From Mytilus edulis (Eukaryota): DNA of 64,000 nt. The notes below the pieces were generated by a model, which was not told the origin of the DNA, did no database searches, and saw only the letters and a program-made list of their open reading frames with translations. Positions within the stretch are counted from its first letter, which is position 1, and every line of letters starts with the position of its first letter. Both the position numbers and the translations under genes were made by a program. The stretch is taken from NCBI RefSeq assembly GCF_963676685.1, contig NC_092345.1:38998001-39062000 (forward strand), written 5' to 3'. Below, one piece after another: positions 14,424-26,580 of this stretch.

Positions 14424-14689
14424 GCACTTTGCGAATTATTGTAAAAGTTCCTAAAGTCACTTTTCTTCCGGTTATACTTGCTTAAATCCATTGGTCACGG
14501 TACCATAAATGTGGAGGTTAAAAGTATGATATTTTCGCTAATATAAACAAACACGTCTGTTCAGCCATAACTTTTAATAACAACTCAAAAAGCCCACGGC
14601 GACGTCACTGAAGTCGCCAACGTCGCCAATGGTAATGTACAAACTTAGGAACGTCGTAATCCCGCGGTAATATTGACAGCCCCATGCTC

Positions 14690-15610
14690 TAAAAAAAAAT
14701 TCAGATCGTAGTGAGGTCGCGGTATCAGCGGCATGAAAATGTTAATTTTCGTTGGTTTCACGATGATAATACGTCCTCATTACGCTTCTACAACGTTCTC
14801 ACCACGCTTTTACTACGAGTATCATGATCTTACCACGCTCATCACGTTCTCACTACGACTATACCACGAGTTATCCGATTCCAACACGATCTTACCACGC
14901 TTCTACTGCGATTATATCGTGTTCCATATCAATACTGTTCCATTCTTTCTATTTCTGAAGGTAGAAGTAGAGGCAGATGGAGCTCTGATAGTAGCGAATC
15001 CTGATCCAACTGAGAAGTCGGACCGACCAATACAACCTAAATTTCCACCTATTGCTGGTCCCTCAAGCTCAAATGACGATATTTTAGTAAACGATAGCAC
15101 CACAATCGTCAAAATTTGCATTTTTATCACAGATCGTAGTGCGATCGGGGCCTAGTGGGACTGAGGTATTACGTCCTCATTACGCTTCTACAACGATCCC
15201 GCTACATTTTTACCACGTTCTCACCACGCTTATTATGCGACCTCACTACCATTATCACGATCTTACTACGTTCATCACGTTTCACTACGACCATATCCGA
15301 TTGCAACACGATCTGACCACGCTTCTACTGCGATTATAGCACGCTCTTGTGCCACGATCATACTACGATCATACCACGTTCAAACCGCGATTTTACCGTA
15401 GCTTTCAGTAATAACGTCAACATCGTGTTCGATATAAATACTGATCTATTCCATCTATTTCTCAGAATTCATGGAAACAACACATTCATGCCACCAAAAT
15501 CTACCAGAAGTCGTGGGTGTGGTGGTAGGGTAGAGGTAGAGAAAGAGGGGACTCTGATACGAATTCTGATTCAGTAGAAATGTTGGACCGACCAATCCAA
15601 CCTGAATCAT
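14690..15610. mobile_element. Fragmented Harbinger-like MITE scaffold (further pieces at ~9705-9775, 16215-16330, 17410-17580)
   Basis: Repeated CACGATC/TACTACG subterminal motifs. Duplicated blocks: CGTAGTGCGATCG..GGGACTGAGGTATTACGTCCTCATTACGC at 15136 and 16271, and an inverted ATGCCACCAAAATCTACCAGAAGTCG at 15488/17527. Confidence 0.5.
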
Positions 15611-15689
15611 ATGTGTGTATTGCTATTTTTCTTCTTAACCACGAGTCAGAATGCTCTAAGTATACACAGATAAATCCTTTTATATTCCG

Positions 15690-16210
15690 ATATAAATCCC
15701 TTAACCTTTTTCACTTAAATATAAACCATATTTTACCAAAATTTGCTGAAATACAATACTTAATTTCGGAATCCAAATCAAACACGCACATTTTATGTTT
15801 GAGTTAAACATTTTTGTAAAATAGTGTCAAAAATAAAGAGATTAATATTCTAGGGTACAATTTACATAGAAAAGTCAGAATTGATAAATATGGGGGTGGG
15901 CTTTTAATTTATACTTCAAAACAAATAAATACGCTTCGAAGGAATGATTTGGAAATGCAAGAAATTGAGTCAATGTGGATAGAACTTAATAATGATAATC
16001 AAAAGCATATTTTACTAGTTTATGTATATAGACCACCTAACAGCCATGCTGACTGAGTTACTAAGTTTGAAACCATGTTGGTAAAAGTTGACACTGAAGA
16101 TAATGAAACTATTATTATGGGAGATTTTAATATGGAAGTAATGTCAAGCAAAAAAACATCCTAAGTGGACACACATCAAAAATATTTTCTACATGAGTCA
16201 GATTGTTACA
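15690..16210 (+). pseudogene. LINE apurinic-type endonuclease (EEP) fragment, degenerate
   Basis: Translation gives HLNINHI..ILCLS*TFL..GYNLHRK..GGGLLIY..ESMWIEL..VYRPPN..IIMGDFN, with stops. Confidence 0.8.
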
Positions 16211-16329
16211 GACCGTGCTATACTGTGAGATCGCACCACAATCGTCAAAATTTGCATTTTTATCACATATCGTAGTGCGATCGTGTCCTAATGGGACTGA
16301 GGTATTACGTCCTCATTACGCTTCTACAA

Positions 16330-17400
16330 CGAAAGATTTAGAGATTTTTTATCAAGTGTCCCAAACAAGTCCTTAGGTGCTACTTCTCTAAATATCTTAA
16401 GACATTTTATTTCCAGGAGACCATGTTTGTGAACCTCTACTGGATCAGTAACAAGTCCATCAGGAATACATCCTAGTTCTGGCCAAAAATTGTTAACCCA
16501 AAATCCAGTTTTTTCAACTTCAATGTATGGGGTTTTCAGTTTCATATAGAAGGTGTAGTCTGACCTTGCCTGGTCTTCATTCTCTACTCCATACATCATA
16601 TCTGGTGAGCTATACTCCCCATATTGACTTACGAATAAAGGCTTAAAATCTTTTCATGTTTACCACATCATCACCAGGATAATTCAACAGATTTCCCAGA
16701 TTGTTGACCTGTTTGGCTGTGAACGCAGTTATCCTAAACCTTCGACTGTTCATGCCATTCATTAGATTCAGCTTGTGATTCTGTATTAGTTATCATATAT
16801 AAACAACTTAAAATTCCCTCTCTTTCTTTGGAAATTTCATAGTCTTGGTATGATGTTTTCAGTAAACTTTCCCACATTGAACTCTTTCCTCTACTTATGC
16901 CAGAATATTTCAGATTTGTTACAAAACAGTTGAGATTCTCATCATTTGCACTCCTCATTGACTCTGGCCTGGGATCAAAATCTGAAAGTTTTATTTCTTT
17001 TGATTGATATGAAGTATATGCTGCTTCACTGACGGGGTCCTGTGGCTACGTTTTCCACTCACAGGGTTTACTGGTCACATGCTTGTGCATCATTCACATA
17101 TTCCTTGCAGTGTTTATCGACCAAAAGAAGAACTGCAGCAACATGATTGCAACGGCCTAATGCAGAACCTGCACATGTACAGCTTGCAGCCAATACAGCA
17201 CTTTCCAAGTACGACCTGACGACGTTCATACTACGTTTTGAGTTCTACCCATGCTCATTGCCATTGTCACATCAGTTATATAACTTCTCTCCGGATTTGT
17301 TTGTCTGTATGTAATTTGAACCTCATTTCCCTAATTTCCAACAACTCAACCATTGTTAACTTATCTGTAGCATTCCCACTATTGTTCAATAAATTATCTT
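16330..17400 (-). pseudogene. SWIM zinc finger + YqaJ-like PD-(D/E)XK nuclease remnant (ISL2EU/Harbinger-associated second ORF)
   Basis: SCTCAGSALGRCNHVAAVLL at ~17130-17190 (SWIM), FDPGP, and YGVENE..A / LGCIPDGLV / LLEIKC (YqaJ motifs); frameshifted. Confidence 0.75.
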
Positions 17401-18363
17401 CATTTGATCTTGATGGATCAGCAATACGTGTGATTCCGGTTGGATTGGTTGATCCGACATCTTCACTGGATCAGGATTCCTATGTAAGACCGCTGTGATT
17501 CCAACTATACCGCTACCACCATTCCCACGACTTCTGGTAGATTTTGGTGGCATGAATCTGTTGTTTCCATGAAATCTACGTATTAATGAGAAATTGTATA
17601 GCCGTTTTGTCACAACGTTAGCAACACGTAATTGATATCATGGTCGGGTTTTTAATTTTATATCATACTTACTTGTTTCCAGTTTAATTCGAATGAAAAT
17701 AAAAATATAAGTTATAATATGATCAATGTATGAAAAGGGGAAAATTTAAGTTTAAATTCAAATGCTGAACAAATGAGATTGATATAAAAAATATCGGGAG
17801 TTTTTGTAAGCATATTTGTTTTATTTAAGGAACGTTGTCTATCTGCAAGTTTTAAATCGTCAAAAGTAGCATATCTTTTACACATTGTGAATTATGAATT
17901 TAATGCTCACTATTTTCAAACCAATACTTGATAAGCTTTCAAATAAAGCATAATTCCATCCTGCATCATCCAATCAGGAGCCTCCAAGTTTTTTATTCTG
18001 AGTACAATCTGGGGGTAAACAAAAAATGCGCTCTTTTTTTTTTTGTATCCTTGTCTTTTTTGCTGGGAAAATAATTTAATCAAAAACTATAAGGCCAAAT
18101 GCAAAGATCCGAGAAGAGAAAAAAGATAAAAACGCATGTACGATTAGTGTATAAGGTTTGCCAATAAATGGATACCACATCATTAAGTGGTCCACTTTGA
18201 ACAAACTATAAACCTTATAACTCATGTCATTTTCTGTAAGTGTGAGAACACACGATCATGATTGACGTACTTAAAACAATTTGTAAGTTATCGTAGGCTA
18301 GATTCTACCGTCTTAAACCTGCAGGGTTTTTTTTTAAAATAATAGTCTATTTTTAATTTTCAG

Positions 18364-18453
18364 ATAGAAGGGCCAAATGTATGTTTCTGGTATATACCTT
18401 CGAGTATTGTCATAACAGACGAACACGATGAAGGAAAAACACACCTGAACAAG
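18364..18453 (+). CDS. Penultimate exon of a group II PLP-dependent decarboxylase (GAD/CSAD/GADL1 family)
   Basis: tttcag|IEGPNVCFWYIPSSIVITDEHDEGKTHLNK|gt; NVCFWYIP is a family signature. Phase 0, joining the next exon in frame. Confidence 0.88.
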
Positions 18454-18647
18454 GTCATTAGTTAAACTGTTTACAAATATTTTGTAACTATCTTTTTCCC
18501 TTATTTTGTCATCATCTTTTTATTTTCTCTTACTGAGCATGCCTTTTGTTAATATATTAATCAAAGTGTTAATAGAAAATATCCAATTTTTCATTGTTGT
18601 TGAAAATGCATTTTCACACTCTTAGTATTTCTTCTTGAGGTTTATCA

Positions 18648-19555
18648 CACAGGCACTTGTTTCCATCCATACGAAGGTCGACTATCCATATAAATAGAAG
18701 AAGGTGGCTAACGACTTTTTTTAGGTCACGACAGTCTCCGTTTCGGACGCTTTTAGTACCCTTTAAATTTTAAAATGCAAAAAATCCCTACCTTATATGA
18801 ATCGATTCAGTGAATATTTTCCGTTGACACTTACATGTAACTAATTTTATATCCCCTACAGTGTTCCTCTGCACGGTAATCTAAATAAATCATAATTCAC
18901 TAGACCATGGCGATAATTTAAACAACCAACTTTTCAATGTATCTACTTCTGGTCTCGGTCAGAATGTCATCTTCTTAAAAAAGAAATCATTCTGTAAAAT
19001 AACAGGGTTATTGTTTTCATTATCAATATATTTTTAAAGATGATACATCGCCGAAATAAATACGTTTATCGTTGTAATTAAAATAATCAGAAAGTCAAAA
19101 AAAAAATTGAATGAACTCGATAATACTAGAGAATGCCGAATGAATATGGTAACTGTAGAGAATTTCATCGATCTTTTATTTTGGAGATAAAAAACACATT
19201 CAGATTCATAAGAATAAGGGGAGAGAAACCCAATGGAAAAAAAATAATTCACTGCGATGTCATTCGGAAGTAGATAAATTAAAAAGTTGGTAGTTCAAAT
19301 TTTCGCCATGGTTTAGTGAACTATGATTAGATTACCGTAAAGAGGAACACTGTGGGGATCTAAAATTAGTTTAATGTTAACGGAAAATATTCACTAAATT
19401 GATTCATATAAGGTAGGGATTTTTTGCATTAATTTATAAAGAGTACAAAAAGCGTCCGGAACGGAGACTGTCGTGACCTAAAATAAAATTCGTTGGCCAC
19501 TTTCTTCTATTTATATGGATAGTCGAACTTCGTATGGATAGAAAAAGTGCCCGTG
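18648..19555. mobile_element. Foldback element with ~300-bp TIRs and 8-bp TSD (P/Galileo- or hAT-like)
   Basis: CACAGGCAC...GTGCCCGTG termini; arms ~18648-18950 and ~19265-19555; TSD GTTTATCA/GTTTATGA. Confidence 0.8.
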
Positions 19556-19685
19556 GTTTATGATCCTTCTGTAGCCATGAAATTACGAAATTGTCAAACT
19601 GCAATAATATCAAAACAGCAAAAATGTTAAATAATACAGATGGACCAATTTGAACATAAACTCAGGGGAAACTTCTTGAGCACTA

Positions 19686-20612
19686 TAGTCCAGTCAAACT
19701 AAGATTAAACCTCAAACTAATTGCAACAGAAAATGTTTTAGTTCTAATCTATAGCATTATGCCCTTTGTTTACACAGAAAAAAGTCCCATAAAATCTAAT
19801 ATGAGGAAAACTCAAAATCAGCATTTTTAGTTTCCTATGGAAATTAACATTGGAAGGGGAGATAACTTTTGCAAAAATGAGTCTTTTTTGGTCAGTTTGT
19901 GGTTGTTTTTCTTGAAATTTATGTAAAGTATGATACTTTGATGGGGTTATAAGTTTTCATTTGACTAAATTATATAATCTTCTGCTCATGAAATGTACAA
20001 AACCGAAGTGTTATGGGTATTTTTTTTTTTTTCGTGCATTTTTCATTAAAGAAATTGCAAATTTGAAGCTTTGTGACCGTTTTGAAAAAATAATGTGAAA
20101 ATTTGGTATTTTTTATTTCTGTATATTATACCTTTTCAGCAACTTACTTATCTAAAAAAAACTATACATGTTTAATTATTTTTATCAAATTTGAGATTCT
20201 TTACCTTGACATGTTGAAAAATTCAATAAATGGTCAACTAATAAATTATAAAATCTAGATTATAGCTAGATAAAAAATATGAAAACACCTTTAGAGTTGT
20301 TTGTTATACTCTAAAGACGGCAAAAAAATAAAAAATCAATACATTTTGATGAATAGAAGCGGTAAAGTTATAATTTTGTATCAATTTTTATTGATATTTC
20401 TGCCTTTTTTGCAAGAGTTATCTCCCTTTTCAATGCAAATCTCCATAGGAATTTTAAATTGTGATTTTTTTTTAGTCTTCCTCAAGTTAGATATTAAGGA
20501 AATTTTTTTCTGTGTATATTTGGTGTATAATGCTAAAGGTTAAAACTTTTAAAATCTTCTGTTGCAATTACTTTTGGGTTAGGGTCAAATTTATGCTAGA
20601 TTGACTGGACTA
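19686..20612. mobile_element. Non-autonomous TIR element, Academ-like
   Basis: TAGTCCAGTCAA / TTGACTGGACTA termini with extended imperfect TIR; 3-bp flanks CTA/CTT. Confidence 0.65.
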
Positions 20613-21288
20613 CTTTTATTTATTGTTTTATTGCGTTTAATATAAAAAGGTGATTTTGTGGCAAATATAACAAGAGTTTTGTAGAATATCCACAGACTTT
20701 AAAAAAGACAGTTTTGTTATAAAATTCTGAACATAGATTACTCACTTGTTTTTTCTATGATGTGCTAGCATTTTTTGTTTACAAAAGGTCTTTAACAACC
20801 TTCAAATTCCAAACAAAATCTTGCTGAGTCAACAAAGTCAACCACACCCTAGAAGATGTATTTGAATTGGTCCATATTTATATTTGTTTTATCTCAAGTC
20901 ATATCTTAATTTATAAACTTGTCTAAACGAACTCATGGCTAGCACCGAATTGCCAAATATGAGAGTACAAGGGAAAAGAATGTGGATTTTCTATAAAATT
21001 TCCATATGTTTAGCAGTGAATCAACACAAGGGTACATAATCCGTCTGTCTTTTCATCTTGTAAACATATTAATTCATGAACACTTTTGCTACATATTCCG
21101 TTTTGGAAGCCAGTTTCTACTTGAAATTTAATACCAATTCGTTATGATCATCCAGGGTAAGTGGAAATGTGACTTACAGTTAAAGATATGTGTGGGGGAG
21201 GGACGTGCGTGTGTGAGTGCGTGTTCGGCAAATTATTAAAAATTTACAATTCTTTTGGAATGCGTTTCTATATATGCAATTTGCCATA

Positions 21289-22865
21289 TGCCTAGGTCAC
21301 ACATTCACAGATTTGAGGCCAGATTAGCTACGGATACTTTCCGGCATCATTCGTGGCAATCTGTATTAGTCCGTAGATATCCGTGTTGTTGTCGTAGTCA
21401 TACGTAGTAGATCGTAGTAGTACTTGTATATCCTTGACAATTTTTGAACATGCGCAAAATTTGACCACGGATCAAACGACAGTAGTAACTCCGTACTAAA
21501 CCTTACAAGACCGTACTTATCCGTTTTAGTCCCTATCAAAACTGTATTAATCCGTACTTATTCGTAGGCCCAAATGATGCTACGGTTAGTTTAGGAGAAC
21601 TACGTATACTATTACGGTTACACCACGTATTGGTTAGGATACAATACGATTTGTTACGAATGTGCCACGTAACGGCTGGTTTTTATTACGTTCTAATACG
21701 GATAGCTGGGTATCAGCCAGGGTTCTAAGAGTCTATTACGGTTTACTACTTTACAACACGACAAAATACGGAAAACTGTTGATTCTTTTATTTTCGTTGG
21801 TACCAATGTTCGTGGATTGTGGAAACCTCTAATTTTCGTGGATATTTGATGTCAAGGTTATGCCAAAGTCTAGATAAAACTTTATAGAAACTTGTTTTTC
21901 GATGAACATTAAAATTCGTTGTTCACCTGTACCCACGAAACCCACAAAACCCACGAATATTTGTTCCAACGAATAATAATGAATCCACAGTATTAAGTCT
22001 GTAACGTGGACGACAGACTGACATAAGGTTAGCTTCTGTATAAATACTTCATACCTATAGGGTCCTATAGCTACTTATTCTGTGTCTGGACGTTGAGGTA
22101 TACATTATACATAATAATTATCCAACACGAATAATCAACAACTCCTGCTTGCAAATAATTGGCTGGAATTGGATATTATGGCACAAAATGATAGGGCAGG
22201 GTCGAGATACTTGATGACAGACGTAGAGGTGACAGGAGGCAGAGTAGATGGTAGCCTAGGGACTGACTTCCCTATCCATGGTTAGTATGAGCCCCTCATG
22301 ACTCAATTGTGTGCGGAAAATTCAGCTAAGAACTTTGAAAGAATAGCCCTAAATATTTTTCAAGAACTGCTACATATCATTGGTCCGGGGATTACGAATA
22401 ACACCACATAGTAAAGACGGACAGATAAATGATTTATTTAACAATATCGAAAAATAATCTCAATTAACTGCCATATAGATATGATGAATAACAAGTAAAT
22501 TATAGAAATATGACGGTTCGTACTATTCCGTTTCAGACCGTTCTCATTCGTACTAACCCTTACTTATACCGAAGTAAACCGTTGTTTATCCGCAGCACAT
22601 ACGTCACGACACGTGTCGTTGCGTACTAAACCGTGTTATTTCCATATTTTACCGTGTCTTACCGTAAGAACCCGTATCACTCATGTCGCCAAAATCAACC
22701 CCGTCCTTCATTATCCGTGGTAGTAACGTCAAAACCCGTAGTCATACCGTTGTGCATCCGTATATGATCCGTATCAGACTACGGAAACTCCATTTCCGGG
22801 ATTATCCTTGAGCATTAATCCGTAGCGGATCCGGCGAGGTGATCCGTGAATGTGTGACCTAGGCA
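21289..22865. mobile_element. Harbinger deletion derivative
   Basis: TIR TGCCTAGGTCACACATTCAC at both ends; TSD ATA. A degenerate transposase N-terminus lies at ~22180-22400 (+): YEPLMTQL..KNF.R..FQELLHIIGPGIT. Confidence 0.85.
21776..21990. mobile_element. Small TA-target MITE nested in the Harbinger derivative
   Basis: CTGTTGATTCTTTTATTTTCGTTGG / CCAACGAATAATAATGAATCCACAG|TA. Confidence 0.65.
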
Positions 22866-23364
22866 ATACACCCATATCGTCCGTTCATTCTGCTAAAAGT
22901 CGATTCTTTCGTACTTGTACGACGTGCATTCGCAATCATTTTTGCTTTTGAGAGTCCACCAGTCATAGACCTAGTTGTTTTTTTAAAGCTAAGATTCTGT
23001 TCACCTAAAAATAAAAAATGTTGAAAGGTAATCATTCACTCGGGGGTCTGCTTCTCTAAATGTTTCTCTGCGATGCCAACTACCCATGAGAGATAGTTTG
23101 AATGAGCACATGTTCCTGTCCAATATGAACTTTTTTGCAATTAATATAAACCAATGCATATGTTAACTAATGCAGATGTCCAAAACTTCTGCCAGAAAAT
23201 TGGGAAAAGATGTTTCGCAAATGTAATTTTATGATAACAAAAATGCAAAGTTCACAAATTTCATAATTTTCAATTACATGTCTTTCTACCAATTGTTTAT
23301 AAAGGTTTTTTTTTTTTTATTCATGATTGTTTTTTTTTCTTTATTTTTCACTTTTTTTCTACAG

Positions 23365-23538
23365 GTTGCACCGAGTTTGAAAGCCCTTATGATGGAAAAG
23401 GGTACAATTATGGTCACTTACCAGCCTCTTGGAGATCTACCAAACTTCTTCCGCATAGCTATTTCAAACCCAGCAATACAAAAAGAAGACCTCGATTTTG
23501 TTTTAAATGAAATCGAAGAACTAGCTAAATGTTTATAA
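23365..23538 (+). CDS. Terminal coding exon of the GAD/CSAD/GADL1-family decarboxylase
   Basis: Polypyrimidine tract-CAG|[57 protein letters not shown], closely matching GAD/CSAD C-termini. Candidate AATAAA at 23975. Confidence 0.92.
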   Translation, partial: VAPSLKALMMEKGTIMVTYQPLGDLPNFFRIAISNPAIQKEDLDFVLNEIEELAKCL

Positions 23539-24099
23539 AGATAACCCAAATAGAATTGCGATTAATGATACTGTCACTTAGTATTGACAGACAGATTGTT
23601 GTCATGATACAAAGAAGTGTTAAGAATATACATGGCCTACTTTTTTAAACTTAAAATCTGAAATGATTGTTTAGAACCATTTTATTTCGATTGTTGTATT
23701 TTATCTAAAAGTCATATGAAACTTCATATTAAAAAGAAAATATGCATATGTTATTATAACTAAATGCTAGTTTTTATTAAAAAAAAATGAATATATACAT
23801 ATACTTTTTTCCCAAGAAAATTCTATAATTTGTCAAAATTAAGAATATATTTACTTTTTTTAATTGTTTGCTTCCAGTCAACAATTCGCCAATAGGTTTT
23901 CCGTATGCAGTGAATTCAGCGTGACCCTTTTCTTTTAAATCCGGTAATCGCAATACGCATGGACCTGCCATTGAAATAAACTATTATATAATTGTACATG
24001 TTATATGCTCAATATCCATGCTCCTTTTTTGATTGTTTACTAAGGTGACAATCCGGCTTCATAACAGACCGAGAGAATTTTCTTGTTGACGATTATACG

Positions 24100-24217
24100 A
24101 TATGAATGCGTAAAACAAAATCATGCACAGAAGCACGGCCGTCACTCGGCTAACCGAGAGATTGGTCGATTAATCTATATTCAGTCACGGACCAGCGATT
24201 TCACGGGTGTGTTCTAG
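24100..24217 (+). mobile_element. Helitron-type 3' end (5' end not defined)
   Basis: Subterminal hairpin ACCAGCGATTTCACGGGT followed by CTAG|T at 24214-24218. Confidence 0.45.
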
Positions 24218-25165
24218 TACAATGTATCCTTAAAATCAAAATCAAAATCAATAACATTGCTTTATTGATAAATAATATGAGTCAAAAATTATATATTATG
24301 AGTCGAATATTTTTCTTTTCAAAGAAAGATTAATAAAGTTTTTATAGAACACATATCAGTATAATTGAACTATAGCACATTATGTCATGACTCATTTGCA
24401 TAATCCCTTAATGCAGGCAATTTATAACTTGAAGTTTATTGTTTTCTTTTGTTTTTATATTAAATCTAGAAATAATCCAAAGAATTGTTAGCTTTAGATG
24501 GGTAAAGCAATAAATTTAGAGTTCTCTTTCTTAGAACCATATCATGCTACTTGTATGTGAATTTGCACTATTATTTTGAATATGAACAACTTATCTATAG
24601 GATCAGGAAATGTTGATGGTTTTGAAGAAAAGTATAGATATGATCAATTCATGTCTTGTCTAAAGTATGTTATTAATACTCTCATAGAGACTTGGAAAGG
24701 TGTTGATGATACTTCAACCTCAATTTCAGAAATAATTTTCTTGGTCACTATAAACAATGTAAAAAATTAATAAAAAGAAAGTAAAATCAATTTAAAAGGA
24801 AATATTTAGTAAGCTTTCAGCCCTTAGAGATACAGACCCTAAACAATATTGGAAATGATTAAAATCATTAAGACATGAGAACACTAATAATAGAATTGAG
24901 CTATATATGTCGTGTACAAGTTGCGATTTTGTACAGGTTATAACATGTGCAAAAATATTGTACATGCTATAATTTGTACAATGCAAAAATACAAGTTATA
25001 ACATGTACAAAAGTACCTCATACATGTTATAACATGTACAAAATATTGCTTAAAAATGGTTTAAACTTGTACAAAATTATTACATTAACCTTAATAATAT
25101 TTTCATCATTTTTTTGTTATTGTCCATTTATGTTAGTTTGATACCTTTTTGATACAGATAATGAC

Positions 25166-25408
25166 CAGTTAAATAAGTTTAATAAATACCTATAATACTT
25201 AAAAAAAAAAAAAAAAAAAAGCTTTTGAAATACACATTTAGTCAATAAACCGGCATTATGCGGTATATTCTCTGACCTGGTATTCAAACAGAAAAAGATC
25301 TAGAAGCTATATTTGAAGCCGCATAATGCCGGTTTATTGACTAAATGTGTATTTCAAAAGCCTTTTTTTTTTAAAGTGTTATAGGTAATTATTAAAACTA
25401 TTTAACTG
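25166..25408. mobile_element. Hairpin MITE (~95-bp arms) nested in the Ginger-like element
   Basis: CAGTTAAATA...GCTTTTGAAATACACATTTAGTCAATAAACCGGCATTATGCGG and its reverse complement. Confidence 0.7.
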
Positions 25409-26139
25409 TATTCAATAATTCAGATAGTGAAGACCCTTTTACCGAAACAGTCTGAGAACTTTACAGACACTGAAACTGACAAAACAATGTTTTAGACTGA
25501 TATTATTACTGGCACAAATACCAAAACTGATGTTGAATTGAATGGTTATGATTCAGCCGACAAGAATGAACAAACCATTGGGTTAGAAACAGAAACAATG
25601 GTACTTGAATTAATTTAAGTGATGTTAACATGGCTAATGAAGCAAGTTTGACCATGACCACTGTGGATTGGGTACTAACGAAGCGGAAAGAAAAAATAAA
25701 TTAACAAGTCTAGAATTTCTTTAATTTAGTTCAATTTAGTTCATTTCTAGCGGTTTGGTGAGGGTATTGCTTCTGAAACGATTTACTGATATATAAAGCT
25801 TAACTTTTTAAACCAATACGTAGCAAATAAATACAAAATGTTGTGTTATACTCCAAAACGGTGCACTTCGTACCAGAATTTTTCGAGGTCAGTCGTCCTC
25901 CGTCCCATCGTGCTACTGTTCACGTATTTACAGTACGGCAACTTGTTTTCCAACTGTATGTCAACTTGATAGTTTTATTATATGTTTATGCCGTCCTTTT
26001 CAAGACTTATAACATTATTTTTTTTTAAAAGGACCGCATATACATATAATAAAACTAAAAAGTTTAAATAATTTAATTATAAAAACAAATATAAATATAA
26101 CTCGCCTAACAGCATTGTAGATCATAGTACACGTATCAT

Positions 26140-26580
26140 ACACAATGTTTTGAAGGTTTCAATCATATCCCCTTATATTCTCCTATATGATAGTGAAGGT
26201 AAGGCTAGTTCTTTTTCAGTCTCTCTGGATAACTTGTGTCATTGAGACCTGGTAGCTGGGTTTTTTTACCCTTCTGTGGACTCCTTTTATTTTATCAATA
26301 TTGTTTTTCTTGTATGGAGACCATACTGAACTAGCATAATCCAAATGAGTTCTGATCATGGTTTTATACAATGCTATGAATGTCTCAGTACCGAAGTATT
26401 TGAAAGTTCTTTTGCGAACTTCTAAAATGGAGTTGGCCTTATTAAGTTTTCGCTCTTTAACCTTTGCTATTGTATGGTTTAGTAGACTGTGATTTGTTGA
26501 GTGGTCAGTGTTATTTGATTTCTTACATATTTTGATGTATTTACATTTTTCAGGGTGAAACGTTAGTAGCCATTTGTCAA
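26140..26580 (-). pseudogene. CR1-type LINE RT C-terminal fragment
   Basis: KWLLTFHPENVK..NKANSILEVRKRTFKY..LYKTMIRTHLDYASSVWSPY..RGDMIETFK. Confidence 0.75.

Larger units (their letters stand above)
9818..14678 (-). mobile_element. BEL/Pao LTR retrotransposon, non-autonomous gag-protease-only derivative
   Basis: TG..CA LTRs at 9818-9999 and 14510-14678; 5-bp TSD GCACC/GCCCC. PBS TGGTACCGTGACCAA at 14491-14505 (minus). GCGGCCCCCAGTA precedes the 3' LTR. Confidence 0.9.

Noticed and set aside
23278-23364. 5' part of the 86-aa ORF as a hydrophobic N-terminus
   Set aside because: It is the intron polypyrimidine tract; homology starts after the CAG at 23364.
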